Of a DNA stretch of 64,000 nucleotides, positions 63,795 through 64,000 are shown piece after piece; the first letter of the stretch is position 1; the number at the start of each line of letters is the position of its first letter. Origin of the DNA: Pecten maximus (lineage: Eukaryota). Made by a program: the position numbers and the translations under genes. The DNA lies in the NCBI RefSeq assembly GCF_902652985.1, contig NC_047024.1, positions 26,474,001 through 26,538,000 on the forward strand, written 5' to 3'. The notes beneath the pieces were generated by a model. It was not told the origin of the DNA. It saw nothing but the letters and a program-made list of their open reading frames with translations, and did no database searches.

Positions 63795-64000
63795 ATATTA
63801 TAGATAACCTACCTCATGGATAATCTACCTGATGTTTAATTACCTTATAGAAAATATACATTATGGATAATTTACTTTATAGATAATATACCTTATAGAA
63901 AATATACCTTATGGATAATTTACCTTATAAATAATTTACCTTATAGATAATTTACCTTATAGAAAATCTGCCTTATAGATAATTTACCTTATAGATAATA
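63795..64000. repeat. 16-bp minisatellite (CCTTATAGATAATTTA), runs off the window
   Basis: CCTTAT recurs with period 16. Confidence 0.9.

Overview
AT-rich, repeat-dense animal genomic DNA, most likely a bivalve mollusc (inferred from the SINE, Helentron-derived and Penelope-like repeat types and the lectin genes); no prokaryotic features. (1) An intact 6.4-kb ISL2EU-type (PIF/Harbinger-related) DNA transposon at 13005-19422 has 486-bp near-perfect TIRs and two convergent genes: a THAP-HTH-DDE transposase (+) and a PHD-SWIM-YqaJ/lambda-exonuclease protein (-). Each TIR carries the same CTCF-like motif, YY1 motifs and consensus splice donor, and each ORF has a splice acceptor just before its ATG. 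The TIR therefore appears to serve as a mirror-image promoter and first exon for both genes. (2) Two multi-exon host genes that the ORF track only shows in pieces can be assembled by hand. One is a complete secreted PAN/apple + atypical C-type lectin gene (26571-34457, 228 aa). The other is a signal peptide-CTLD-PAN-mucin stalk gene (55774 to beyond 63694) with an apparent 1-bp frameshift. (3) One intact minimal hammerhead ribozyme sits inside a Penelope-type inverted repeat (62086-62128, - strand), and two degenerate hammerhead-like motifs occur elsewhere. (4) The rest is other mobile DNA (8-bp-TSD TIR element, solo LTR with TA...TA ends inside a SINE, tRNA-SINEs, a HINE, palindromic elements, Gypsy/Penelope/LINE relics), many minisatellites and one assembly gap. 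All alignments, splice models and domain calls were made by eye.
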